In this document: positions 35,465 to 47,824 of the stretch, one piece after another
Layout of the letters: every line of letters begins with the position of its first letter
How positions within the stretch are numbered: the stretch's first letter is position 1
Assembly (NCBI GenBank): GCA_963833425.1
Contig: CAWHXP010000002.1
Coordinates: forward strand, 352,001-416,000
DNA from: an uncultured Methanosarcinaceae archaeon
GTDB lineage: Archaea > Halobacteriota > Methanosarcinia > Methanosarcinales > Methanosarcinaceae
Direction of reading: 5' to 3'
Length of the DNA stretch: 64,000 nucleotides
Made by a program: the position numbers and the translations under genes
Notes under the pieces: model-generated
Seen by the model: the letters and a program-made list of their open reading frames with translations, nothing else
Database searches by the model: none
What the model was told of the DNA's origin: nothing

Positions 35465-36515
35465 ATTAGATTCAATGAAAGAATTGCAAAAATAGTATTA
35501 ACCCTCTTAACCATCCTCGTCCTAACCACGGTTATTGTTTATGCCACACTCCCATATTTAGATTACTTTTTAGGGGCCGTTATCCTTTACATCATATTTA
35601 GGTCTCTTTATCACTTTTTTATAAGGATCTTCGGGCTTAAAAAACAGTTTGCTGCAGTCTTGGTGATAATTATTTCAATATGTATTGTCCTCATTCCATT
35701 ATATTTTCTCCTGAGTACAATTATTAGTGAAATCCACCAGCTTTTACTCACCCAGGCGTTTATTATTACATCTATTCGATCTCAACACCAATTTTTCACT
35801 AATTATATTTCAGAGCTGGGTATTCCTACTGATGTTCTTCAAAAGCAGATACAGGAAAGGATTATGGGCATTGGTTCTGAAGCTGTTAATTACACAAGTA
35901 AGTTCTTTCTTGGTTCGATTCAAATACTGGACCAGTAGTCTATAGGCCTTTTAATTATGTATTTTTTTGTTTTACTACCTCTTAATAGGAGAAGATTCTA
36001 CTTTTGTACACAAAATTTATGCAGCAGTTCCATTCAATGAAAAAAATACATCCACTCTACTTGGTGAGTTCAGAAGAATTGTCAGAGCAACTATGATTTC
36101 CAACGGGGCTGTAGCCATTTTTCAGGGTGGAATTCTAACTATCACTTTTTTGATTTTAAAAATTCAGGAAGCTTTTCTTAGGGGTTCTATAGCAACACTC
36201 CTATCTTTTTTACCCGTTTTTGGATCAACTGTAGTCTGGGTTCCTGCAACTATTATTGAGTTCCTCCTGGAGGACTATACTGCAGGGATTGCTATCCTTG
36301 TTGCTGGGATCTTTGTAAGTACCGTGGATAATTTTCTCAGGCCTATGATCCAAAAAAAAGTTGGAGAAATTCATCCTTTTCTATCCCTAATTGGGATTAT
36401 CATAGAAGTTTCCCTTTTTGGATTTATCGGAACCATTATAGGTCCCCTTCTACTTTCCTACTTCATTTTGACCTTATAAATGTTCTCCAAGGAGTACATA
36501 TCTGAGAGTGAGTAA
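35465..36515 (+). pseudogene. AI-2E family transporter pseudogene
   Basis: LSFLPVFGSTVVWVP, DNFLRP, IHPFL and IIGPLL motifs. No start codon, TAG at 35936, +1 T at about 35965 and a premature TAA at 36477. Confidence 0.85.
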
Positions 36516-36527
36516 AAATTAATTATA

Positions 36528-36616
36528 GACGATTTCGATAAACCCCACATTTTAGTAGATAGTTTATAAAGAGTATATAAGCAATTTGTTGAAATCAGAG
36601 GTTTATCGAAATCCTC
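36528..36616. mobile_element. 89-bp MITE
   Basis: Both TIRs, TATA/TATA duplication; nearly identical to 27094..27182. Confidence 0.9.
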
Positions 36617-37283
36617 TATAGGAGAGAGTTACTGAAACCCATAAGCACAAGAATTACTATCTACCTTATTCACAAACATGGAGTATACTTTTTTAGATCA
36701 GATCTGGATTCATTCCCAAAACTGAATTACCAGTTTAAATATGATAACTCTCAGACTCTGTTGGGGCTATCGGAGCATTTTTCTCGAATTCAGGTAAAAA
36801 TGTAATTACAGAATATGATTGACGCTGGTCTAAAATCTAGTGATTTTTGGATTTCTTAACTGAAATACTGAATTTGTAGGATAAAAGTGTTATTCAATCA
36901 AATTGAATGTTCGGAATCTAAAGATTTTAATCATGAGAATGTTTTCAAAGGATTGTAACTAATTTCAAAATTTAGTTATTTTCCATTTGTATTCGGTCAA
37001 GGAATAAAACTCTTAAAGGTGTTATTATTTATGCTAAAACTTTAACATTCTAGTTAGAAAATCACTATAATTGGTATTCGAAGTTGTGCATAAAATTTGC
37101 TAACCGATGACATACGAATTATTTTCAATTTTACGTTCATCACCGGATTCTGGAACTAAGTTATAACAACAGAGTTGAGATTGCTGTATCCTCTGCATTT
37201 GTCTTTCAGGAATTTTCATTGGCAATCCTTCCCATTCCAGGGAGAAAAACTCAAAATTCTCAAGTGAGATGAAGATATGATCA

Positions 37284-39860
37284 ATGGCGGGTATAAAAAA
37301 AATGGAAACATTATTTGATCCAGAAAAGATAGTTGGACTTTCTGAAGAAGAGGCAGCTATAATGCTTAAAAAAGAAGGTTATAACGAATTACCATCCCAA
37401 AAAAAACAGAGCCTCTTATTCATTTTATTGGATATTCTTAAAGAACCCATTTTGCTTCTTCTTTTAGGTGCAGATATGATTTATTTGTTCCTTGGGGAAG
37501 TAACTGATGCTCTGATACTGTTAATGTTTGTTTTTGTAGTCATAGGCATAACATTTAATCAGGAAAGAAAAACCGAGAGAGCATTAGATGTTTTAAAAAG
37601 TCTCTCAAGTCCGAGAGCTCTTGTTACAAGAGACGGAAAACAAAAAAAAAATCAGGTCGGGAAGTCGTAAAAGGAGATATTATAATTTTAAGAGAGGGAG
37701 ATCGTGTCCCAGCAGACGGAGTTGTACTCTCCTGTACAAATCTTCTGGTGGACGAATCTTTGCTCACAGGTGAATCTCTCGCAGTCAGAAAATGCGAATC
37801 TAGTAGCTCAATTCAGGTTTTGCATTCCTGGCAGCCTGGAGGAGATGATCTGCAATTTGTGTATTCCGGTACACTGGTGGTTCAGGGACATGGAGTAGTC
37901 CAGGTGATTACAACAGGAATACGAACTTAGATGGGCAAGATTTGAAAGGCTCTTGGGACTATTGCCGAGGAAGACTCTCTACTTAAAAAAGAGATTACCC
38001 TAATTGTAAAAAATTTTGCTATTTTCGGAGGAATACTCTGTGCGCTTATAGTTATAGTCTATGGATTTACTAGAGGAGATTGGTTGCACAGCTTGCTGGC
38101 AGGACTGAGTTTGAGCATGTCTCTCCTTCCAGAAGAATTCCCAATTATTTTACTCGTATTCCTGAGTAGGGGGACCTGGCGCATGTCCAAAAAGAATGTT
38201 CTTATTAGGCGCTTGCATTCAATTGAGACTCTTGGCTCTTCAACAGTGCTGTGCGTGGATAAAACAGGAACCTTGACAATGAACAAGATGACCTTAAGCT
38301 GTATATATCCAGGAGATGAGTATTGTGAGATCGATAAAAATGAGTACCTCTTTAAGAAGTTCTACGAGCCGCTTGAATTTGGATATTTAGCAAGCCAGCA
38401 AGACCCTTTCGATCCTCTGGAGAAAGAAATAAAAAAAAGGGCTGAAAAATTCCTTCCTGACCATGAGAACATACATCGTGGATGGAGAATTATCCGGGAA
38501 TATCCGCTATCAAAAAACGTACTTGCATCTCAAATGTATGGAAACCTAATAACTCCCAAAAGTATGTCATAGCTACAAAAGGCGCTCCTGAAGCTATTTT
38601 TTAATTGTGTCATCTCAATGGGGCAGAAAAAGAAAAAAATGATATCTCAGGTCCAAAAGATGGCAGATAAAGGATTGAGGCTTTTAGGTGTGGCAAAAGC
38701 CAGTTTTCAAGCTGATTTGTTGCCTGAAAAGCAGCACGATTTCAAATTTGAATTGATAGGATTGTTGGGCTTTATCGATCCGGTACGACCATCAGTTGAT
38801 CAATCGGTAAAGGAATGCTATACTGCCGGAATAAGAGTAATTATGATCACACGAGATTATCCTGGCACAGCTCAGCATATCTCGAAGCAGATCGGTTTAA
38901 GAGATCCAGATAAGTACATTACTGGCCCAGAGCTTTCCAAAATGAGTGAGAGTGAGCTCGCAGAGAAAATCAAAACAACAAATATTTTCGCCCGTGTCGT
39001 GCCTGAACAAAAACTGGTAATCGTAAATGCCTTAAAATTAAACGGGGAAATTGTTGCTATGACAGGCGATGGGGTTAAAGATGCCCCTGCATTAAAATCG
39101 GCTCATATTGGGATTGCAATGTGAGAAAGGGGTACTTATGTGGCGCGGGAGTCCTCGGCGATTGTTTTCCTGAACGACGATTTTTTATCTATAGTTGCAG
39201 CTGTCAGGCTGGGTAGAAGGATTTTCGAGAACCTCAAGAAAGCAATCAGCTATACTATTTCTGTACATATCCATATTCTGGACTTGCATTATTCCCTGTA
39301 TTGTTTATTTTGCCCTTGGTTCTATTACCCGCCCATATAGCATTCCTTGAACTGATAATCGATCCTGCCTGCTAGACTGTTTTTGAGGCTGAACCTGAAG
39401 AGAAAAACATAATTCATAGACCACCTGAAAATTTGAAAAAAAAGCTGTTTGGAAGTAAGAGCCTAACCTTAAGTCTATTGCAGGGTACAAGCATGTTTGT
39501 AGGGGTGATTGCTATTTTCATTTACGCATTACATACTGGAAAGGGTGAAGTTGAAGCACGTACGCTTACATTCACTACCCTAGTAATTGCTAATCTTACA
39601 TTAATTGTGGCAAATCTTTCCTGGTCGCAGAGCCTGATCAAAACATTACGTTCAGAAAACAAAGCATTAAGGTATGTGCTAATTGGAGCGTTATCAGGGC
39701 TTTTTCTGGTTCTAATATGCCATTTCTAAGAAGCCTATTTCGCTTCTCATTGTTGCAAGTTGATGACTTATTGACTGTGTTTATTGTTGGAATTTTAAGT
39801 ATTGTGTGGCTTAGATTATTTAGGAGCAAGATAAAAAATAATATTTTAAACAGTCTTATT
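37284..39860 (+). pseudogene. Cation-transporting P-type (type II) ATPase pseudogene
   Basis: GYNELP, DESLLTGES, LPEEFP, DKTGTLT, FARVVPEQK and MTGDGV motifs spread over at least seven frames or fragments, with internal stops. Confidence 0.92.
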
Positions 39861-40580
39861 AACGACAAGGCTGCAATAAATTCAAATTTGCTAAGAAAAA
39901 GTAATAGGAAAATTATGGTAGTCCACCAATAATGAATTGATGTTTATCCAGAAAGGTCACAAACTTGCACTTTGCATCTTATTTACCACAGGTTTAGGGT
40001 TTGGTTTTTGGACTATTTTTCAAATTTCATGAAAATACGATAATTTGACGCACTTCGCATGTTCAACATCCAGGACGGAAACTATTTTTCGATCAATGGG
40101 AATTTAGTGTATCAGAATCATCAAGGCCAACAAATCATATAAAATAAGAATACATATAATATATTATAAAACGATATGATACACGGTTCTCTTAAAACTA
40201 AGTTCAATTCTAAAAACTAAATAAGATTTTCCATTTCAAGATCAATTTATATATGAATTTGGGATTGATTTCCTATATCCATTTAAGAGCAAGCCTGTCT
40301 ATTATCTAATTGAAGGGATTAATTGAATTTTGAGATAGGCGCATATACATGAAAATAATAGTTATAATTTATATTATAAACAGCAAGCTCTTGGCCAGGT
40401 TTCGAAGTTTTGCAAAGTACCGGAGAATCAATAATATCAAAATTGTCTGGAACACATTTGAAATTCCATTTTTGACATCACCGTCAAGCACTTGAAAGTT
40501 TTAACCAGCCAGCTTGAATGCACACTTCAGATAGTTAATTAACTTTATCTATGACTATTTTTAAAGAGATTGAGTCTGTT

Positions 40581-41132
40581 ATGAAAATAGTGAAATTAAT
40601 TGCTGGAATGTGATTCTTCGGATTGATTCCGGTTATCGGGTTGACTATTGCAGCTTGCATTCTGTTTATTAAAGGCGGCATTGATCGGGTTAACTTGCTG
40701 ATAGAAATGATTGCTCAAATAGAAAAGACAGGTACAAAAGGTATTATTATTGTTGGTATTGTGGATATTGTTCATTTCTTTCTAATTGGCACAATACTTT
40801 TCCTCACTTCACTTGGTTTCTACCAATTGTTTTTTCAGGTGCTTCCTTTACCAGAGTGGCTGAAGATGAATAGCATCGGAGACATGGAATTGAGTTTAGT
40901 AGGTCTTACTTTAGTCGTGCTGGGGGTCAACTTCCTGAGCGTGATTTTTGAACAGCAAGAAATCAACCTGGCTGTCTATGGAATCTGTTAGTCTTTGCCT
41001 ATAGAGCCCTGTCTTATTTTATGAAAATACGTTCTGAGATAAAAAATAAATAATCGTGAGCGATCGATGGCAATCGAGGAGGTATTATCTAAAACTGGTG
41101 AATCTGCTCATACCAGACAAAAAAAGAGATTG
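40581..41132 (+). pseudogene. YqhA / UPF0114 membrane protein pseudogene
   Basis: MKIVKLIAGM* then ...VHFFLIGTILFLTSLGFYQLF...LPEWLKMNSI; stops at 40611 and 40989. Confidence 0.7.
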
Positions 41133-41266
41133 AAGCGAGAATAATCAAATTATTCACTAAATTAAAAAGGGGAGATCTGGATGTATATTTTTATTTTACA
41201 AAATCCATGAAAGTTCTAAGAAATTTTAGGAAGGCGCCCATCAATACAATAGCCATCCATATTATA

Positions 41267-41355
41267 GAGGATTTAGATAATCTCTGATTTTCACGATTTA
41301 ATTATATACCATTTTATAAGCATAGGACAAAATTTAGAGATTTATCGAAACGTCC
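41267..41355. mobile_element. Decayed 89-bp MITE
   Basis: TATA-GAGGATTTAGATAATCTC...GAGATTTATCGAAACGTC. Confidence 0.7.
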
Positions 41356-41798
41356 TTGATTTTTGCCTATGTTTTTAATAACTGGATTATTCTATCGTAA
41401 TAGGAATATACAATTTTCTACAGATTGCATCCTAGTAAATAAAAAAAGTATTAAAAAAGCAGAGTGAAATTTGATAAGTTATATTACTATCTATTTTTAA
41501 TTTTAATTAATTCGAGAAAAATATTTTCTCGAAATCAGTTTTAAAAACGCACATTGCCCAATGCACCTAATTTTTATGTGAAGTCTATAAGTCTAATTTA
41601 TTTAGTCTATTTGGCTAAAACTCCAATATTGTACAAGCTATTGGACCCTATTAATTAATTCCAAATATTTAGTCATAGCCTTCTATTGCCCCATCGGATT
41701 AAGTGCCAAGCTTCTAAGTTGCAGGTTAATTCCAATGTTACTAAGTAGCTCTTTTTCGAAGAGAACGTCACGAAAGTAAAATCTATTAATTCTTATAC

Positions 41799-41826
41799 TA
41801 AATAAATAAATAAATAAATAAATAAA
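41799..41826. repeat. (TAAA)n microsatellite
   Basis: About seven TAAA units, flanked by the inverted pair AAATCTATT / AATAGATTT. Confidence 0.85.
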
Positions 41827-42890
41827 ATAGATTTATGATTCATTTTTTATCGAGGAATTTAGGGATTCGATGTTTTCTTTGATAGAGACGTTGTGGACAA
41901 AGCCAGATCATTTAAAGATCATTTAAAAATGATAGTTTTCTAACAATTCTTGTTTCAATTTGTTTACTTATTTCAACAAACGCTTTTCCAGAATTGTAAA
42001 ATTGTAGGTTCTGTCTCAATTGAAAATAGATATCATAAGGATTTATTGGGATTTGCCTATGCTTTTCTTTATAATTCTTTCATTTACGGGAGTGTAATCG
42101 ATGAAAACTTGTAAATTTTATGGGTTGTGTAACTATTTAATTTGCAAAAACATAGTCAAAAATCTAGGTATATTAAAAAATTTTAAACAGAGACCCATCT
42201 CATTTAGTCTTTTCAATGGCAGTTAGGTTGTTCGATATTATTTGGTTGATACTATTTCCAGTAATAATCTGAATGCAATTTCTCATCTTTTTTGTTCCGT
42301 GTGTCATTATGTGGAAACTGGCAATGTTTCAATGGATAAAAACGCAAGGTATTTGTTATACTGAAAATTCAATATTGAAAACTTCAATCAATAGTACAAT
42401 GTTTTATTAAAAAATATGTTAATCTAAACAATATCTTTAGAACTAGAATTGAATAGAAGATACATTTAATAATATCTAAATATGCTTCATGATTCTGCTT
42501 TATTCATACGATCCGAAGTCATATCTTTTGTTTTGTTTTTTGATATTTTCATTTCTCCGAAGAAATATTCTCTTATGTTAAGTATTTTTATGAGAAAAAT
42601 TAACCTCTTCCTATAATTTTCCAAATGATAATAGCAATTCAATATTATATGTAAGGATCTATGATCAGAAACAAGACTTCCTTACATGCTAAATAACTTG
42701 ACAATTAATAATCACATGTGTAAATTGATATTGAAACTGTGGGTAATGATGGTTATGCGTAATATATTTATCGTAACCTCTCTAAATATATTGGATGAAT
42801 GATTACTTAGCTAAATAATATTCCACAGTGTTCGATCGATGGAAACATGAAAAATGTATCAAAATAAGCAAAATTTTGGAGATGAAACAA

Positions 42891-43235
42891 ATGAATCAAC
42901 AAAAATTGTCCAGAATAAAAAAAACAATTAATATCCTGATAGCTGTACTCTTCATAGTAACATTAACAGTTACTTCAGCAAGTGCATGTTCTAGTAAGTC
43001 GGTCAAAGACTCAAATTCGGTTGATATCACTGTCCCGGATGAATCTGATTCGGTTAATCACGGAAATCCTGTCTACTCAAATTCGACTAATTATGGAAGC
43101 CCTGTCAAATCGAATCCGGTTAATTACGGAAATCCAGTCAACTCAAATCCGGCTAATTATGGAAGCCTGAGCAACATGAATCAGGTTACTCACAAAATCG
43201 TTGATAATGATCTTGCTTCGAACAGTTGGGTTTAA
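42891..43235 (+). CDS. Secreted protein with 11-aa Asn/Ser/Gly/Pro repeats
   Basis: RBS GGAG; signal peptide RIKKTINILIAVLFIVTLTVTSASA; 33-bp repeats encoding xSN(S/P)VNYG(N/S)PV. Confidence 0.7.
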   Translation: MNQQKLSRIKKTINILIAVLFIVTLTVTSASACSSKSVKDSNSVDITVPDESDSVNHGNPVYSNSTNYGSPVKSNPVNYGNPVNSNPANYGSLSNMNQVTHKIVDNDLASNSWV

Positions 43236-43829
43236 TCACGGAAACCTTGAGGCCGATACTAACATTTGAATTTGAACGATTGTCAGCTATAAGACCTATT
43301 AGGTTCCACAAAAAAATATTTGAAACAAGAAATTTTTATCATTTTCTGGGTTTTTGATTGATTGCATTTATTTGCAGTGTCATTAATTGCACATTTTATC
43401 AATCCCAGAAAATATTAAAAATCTCTGGAACAAAGAACCTTCATTTTATAGTCCGCAAAGTAAAAATTAATATTTCAAAAACTTAGACTAATGAACTTAT
43501 CTATAAGTTTATTCACTGGTATTTTCACAAATTTGCGGTAAATTCAAAGCTTAATTTTTGTTCTATATGGATGTTAATATGTTTTTTATGTCGAGAAACC
43601 TATAGTTAGGATCCTAGAAAAAAATTGTGATAAGAGAGCGATAACCTGCTTTTCGCAGATTTTTGAATATATTCCTTGAGGTATATTCTGTTTTCAGTTG
43701 ACTTGAAGAATCGAAACTGATTTATGCTAAAAAATAAGAATCGGTCTAAGAATAGATCAACATGACAATATATGTTCATGGAATATAGGATAATATTGCA
43801 TTATTCTTAGAGTTGAATCTAGATAAAAT

Positions 43830-45630
43830 TTAACCTAACTTTGTTTTCTATAGTGGTACTAGGTACACTCGCATTTTCAAATGCTTCTGCCTCTTACAGG
43901 ACTGATGGGAATAATAACTTATGGATTTCAAAAACGATTCCATCTGGAAGTTCCATAACCTTTAATCTAACTAAAACAGCGGGTTTTTCTCCAAATGGTA
44001 ACGCTGTATTTCCCACTTTTTTTGAAGATTTTACGTCGTCTTCAGCGATACAATATGACTGCATAGTCACGCAAAAAGCAGGATTGTTGACAGGAGCTGC
44101 GGACGTGCCTCTTATATTGTATAATCATAAAATTTATGCGACAGGTGGCTATGGGTCATCATCTTCTTTTAATACTCAACAATGAACAAATTTATGATTT
44201 GGCTAGTGATTTTTGGATGCAGGGTGCGACAATGCCCATCGCAGCATGGGGTGTAACAACAGTAAATTATGCAGATAGAATTAACTGTTATGGTGGTAAC
44301 AACGATAGGTTTGGGATAAATTCAATTCCTTATCTCCAGATTTATAATATTACAACAAACTCTTGGACCGTAGACCCAGTTCAAATGCCTACTGCTATTT
44401 CCCATCAGGGTTTGATGTCTGTTACAGATGACACGAATACCTATCTCTTACTAGGTAACTATTTTTATAAACACATCATAGATACCGACACTTACACACA
44501 ACTGGCAAATTGTCCGGTTAACGTTTCGTGGGAGGGATTAGCATATTATCCAGCTACTAATAAAATATATTTGCTTGGTGGACCCTAAATCTTTCTGGAA
44601 AGGCGGGAAGTAACGGAGTATATGTTTATGACATATCTTCTAATTCGTGGTCTAATCCTCTCTCTAAGGCACCGTATTCGGTATATGGGCATACACGTGA
44701 GAATATATTATATGGAGATAAAATTATTATGGGTTACGGTCAGGGGCCTTCAAGTATATTTCATTCAGAAATTTATTATTATAATATTACAACTCATTCA
44801 TGGTCACAGAGATTTGCTTTAGGTTTACATCCCAGGGATGGGGTGGGAACTGCTATTTCGTGTAGTAGTTTATATGTTATAGGAGGGAGGGACACAACTT
44901 CGGATAATCATGGAATTACATATAATGAAAAAATCGATTTGAAACAGTTAACAGCAAATTCCCATATTGTTCCGGATCCATGTAAATGGAACTATAAACA
45001 AAATACCGATCAAATGGATATCAAAAATAGCATCCTAACCATTACAGGAAATCCTACTAACTACAATTATGGTGAAGAGTGGATAATGGCTAATCAGGGA
45101 TGTATTGAAAATAGCACTTTGACAATTAGAACTAAGGTGGGGGTAAAAAGCCACTCACAGAGTTGTCAGATATGCAAAATTGGGTTAAGCACCGATTCGT
45201 TGGCAACTATTCAAATGACCTTGCATCTATTGATGGTACCCATTATCTAGAATCAGGCGGGTCTACTTATGAATTCCATAAAATAGGATCGTCTTGGTTT
45301 GGAACTTGGCACACGTACGATATTTCGAGAACTGGAAACCAAAGATATTCATTATAGATGGGAGTAAAGCTTATAGTTCGAATGAAGATGGTGTAGGAGT
45401 TGTGAGATATCCTCATATCTTCACGAGGCAATCAAAAGAAAAAATATAAGTTGATTATATGTTCATTCATCAGTATTCTGCGACTCCTCCAAAAGTAACA
45501 ATAACTCCAATACAAAACTATTATCAAGTGAGAGTTACAAATTAAGGTGCTTCGGATTTAATAAATTATCAACTCAAATTATCTTTTCTGGGGATAGTAT
45601 CACGAAATGAATCGTGGAACACAGAATATA
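43830..45630 (+). pseudogene. Secreted Kelch-repeat protein pseudogene
   Basis: Repeated IYxxGG...Y...W units (IYATGG, INCYGG, IYLLGG, LYVIGG) across five or more frameshifted fragments. Confidence 0.8.
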
Positions 45631-45635
45631 TCCCA

Positions 45636-45724
45636 GAGGATTTAGATAAACATACGATTTCAACAAATTGATTATATCGGCTCTATAAAAAACCAACTAA
45701 AAATTGGGATTCCTCAAAATCCTC
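45636..45724. mobile_element. Decayed 89-bp MITE
   Basis: GAGGATTTAGATAAAC...TCAAAATCCTC; interior similar to 57895..57983. Confidence 0.7.
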
Positions 45725-46129
45725 TCAAATATATTTAACTTTGTAGTCGCTACATGGATGAAGAGAGAAAATGAGCATAAAATAAATAGCCAAATGTTAA
45801 GCCTGCCCAAAATAAGTGTCTAATATTTGTTTTTATGTAATAGGTACTTCTGATCACTAACTGATTAATATCAAAAACATTATCATTAACTGACAGGTAA
45901 ATTAAATTAGTCAAACTAAATTTGACCATTGAATCTTAGTAAAGATGACTATTGATCTTTTTTTATATGTGTAATAGTTACGGAAATAAACTGGAATTCA
46001 AGAGGAGGGTGTTGATGATATAAAATGTACAAAAACTATGTAGATGAATTAAATTGTCATTACACAAGTTAAGCTCTTTGATCTTTATATCGCAAGATCT
46101 TTTCGGATTCCTAGAAAGTTTTATGCTTA

Positions 46130-46215
46130 GAGAATTTCGATATACACCTAAATTATATCATATGTATAAAAAAATACAAATGATTAGTGAAAACTAGAAG
46201 TTTATAGAAATACCC
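46130..46215. mobile_element. Decayed MITE overlapping the argG 3' end
   Basis: GAGAATTTCGATA...GTTTATAGAAATACCC, a 13/16 match to the TIR consensus GTTTATCGAAATCCTC. Confidence 0.65.
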
Positions 46216-47401
46216 TATGTTTATCCATAACTTTCCTATACATTCGTGCCTGAAACCCGTGGTATTTTGCAAAACCTTCGGCATCCTTCTGGTCAATCGT
46301 CTGGCTATCAAAGGAAACAAGGTCTTTGGAGTAGAGAGAGTTTGGAGAGGAGCGAGCAAGGATTGTGAGGGCGCCTTTGTAGAGCTTTACTTTCACGGTG
46401 CCAGTGACCCTTTCTTGGGACTTGTCGATAAAGGCGTTGAGGTCCGCAAAAAGGGGGTCATCTATCAGGCCGTAGTAGGCCATTTCAGACCACTGTTCTT
46501 CAACGATTTTCTTGAACTTAAGTTCTCCACGGGTGAGTACAAGTTTTTCAAGGTCTGCATGAGCAGCAAGAAGAACGGTTGCAGCTGGATGCTCATAGTT
46601 CTCTCTGGCTTTAAGACCGAGGACACGGTCTTCGATCATGTCCGTCCTACCTACCCCGTTTTCACCTGCAATTTCATTTAGTTTCTTAATTAAGGTGTAG
46701 CCACTGAGTTTTTCGCCTTCAAGGGAAATTGGGAATCCTGCTTCAAAATATATATCAAGAGTCGTTGCTTTTTCAGGGGCTTTTTCCGGGGATTTGGTCC
46801 ACTCATAGATATCTTCGGGCGGAACAAAAGATGGATCTTCAAGCATGCCACCTTCTATACTGCGACTCCATATATTTTCGTCAACACTCCAGGGTTTGGA
46901 TTGGGTGGCTTCTATAGGGATTCCGTGCTCTTTTGCATAGTTGATTTCCCACTCACGGGTCAGGTTCATCTCCCTCATAGGGGCGATAACGTCCATATCT
47001 GTCTGGCGGAAAATGACTTCGAAACGAAGTTGATCATTGCCTTTTCCTGTACAACCGTGAGCAAGGGCTGAGGCACCTTCTTTTTTGGCAACCTCTACAA
47101 CCTTTTTGGCAATAAGAGGACGGGCAACGGATGTGCCCATCACATAGCCTTCATAACTCCCGTTGGCTTTGATTAGGGGGCAGATATAATCTTTTATAAA
47201 TTCTTCCTTTGCATCAATCGTGTAGTGTTTATTGCTAATCTTCTTGGCTTTTGCGTCGGCTTTCCTTATTTCCTCTACAGGCTGACCTACATCCACAGAG
47301 ATTGTGATCACTTCGTCATATCCATATTTTTCCTTGAGGATTGGAATGCACACAGAGGTGTCAAGTCCTCCAGAATATGCAAGTGCAACTTTTTTTACCA
47401 T
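46202..47401 (-). CDS. argG: Argininosuccinate synthase
   Basis: [32 protein letters not shown] and [11 protein letters not shown] motifs. Confidence 0.98.
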   Translation of the reverse strand: MVKKVALAYSGGLDTSVCIPILKEKYGYDEVITISVDVGQPVEEIRKADAKAKKISNKHYTIDAKEEFIKDYICPLIKANGSYEGYVMGTSVARPLIAKKVVEVAKKEGASALAHGCTGKGNDQLRFEVIFRQTDMDVIAPMREMNLTREWEINYAKEHGIPIEATQSKPWSVDENIWSRSIEGGMLEDPSFVPPEDIYEWTKSPEKAPEKATTLDIYFEAGFPISLEGEKLSGYTLIKKLNEIAGENGVGRTDMIEDRVLGLKARENYEHPAATVLLAAHADLEKLVLTRGELKFKKIVEEQWSEMAYYGLIDDPLFADLNAFIDKSQERVTGTVKVKLYKGALTILARSSPNSLYSKDLVSFDSQTIDQKDAEGFAKYHGFQARMYRKVMDKHRVFL

Positions 47402-47824
47402 GCTTTTACTACTCCTCTTAATGGATTAAAACAAATGAGATTTAAATCAGATTTGAATTTAATGTAAATACCTAAGGATGAGAAAAGCTATCCTTTTTGA
47501 TTCAGATATATGTACAAAATTTTTTCATAACTCCAGATTATGACTTCTGAGTAGAACTTCAATTCTAAATTGTTGATTAGAACCGCTGCTGTAACTATTC
47601 GACTTTGGAAAAGCAAAATCAGTATATTCCTTAATTAATATTTTAAGAAAATCTTTTTGTAGATCCATTTTTTTTAATTGATTATATTAATTATGTTTTC
47701 CTGTTTTGCTGGTTGGTATCTACATGCACTGGAAGATCCAAAATTGTATCGCTTAGATTATTTGTTGGTACATGAATAGTTACCTGCTACTTAAGATTCA
47801 ATTCAGAACTTCTTGATTTTTGAT

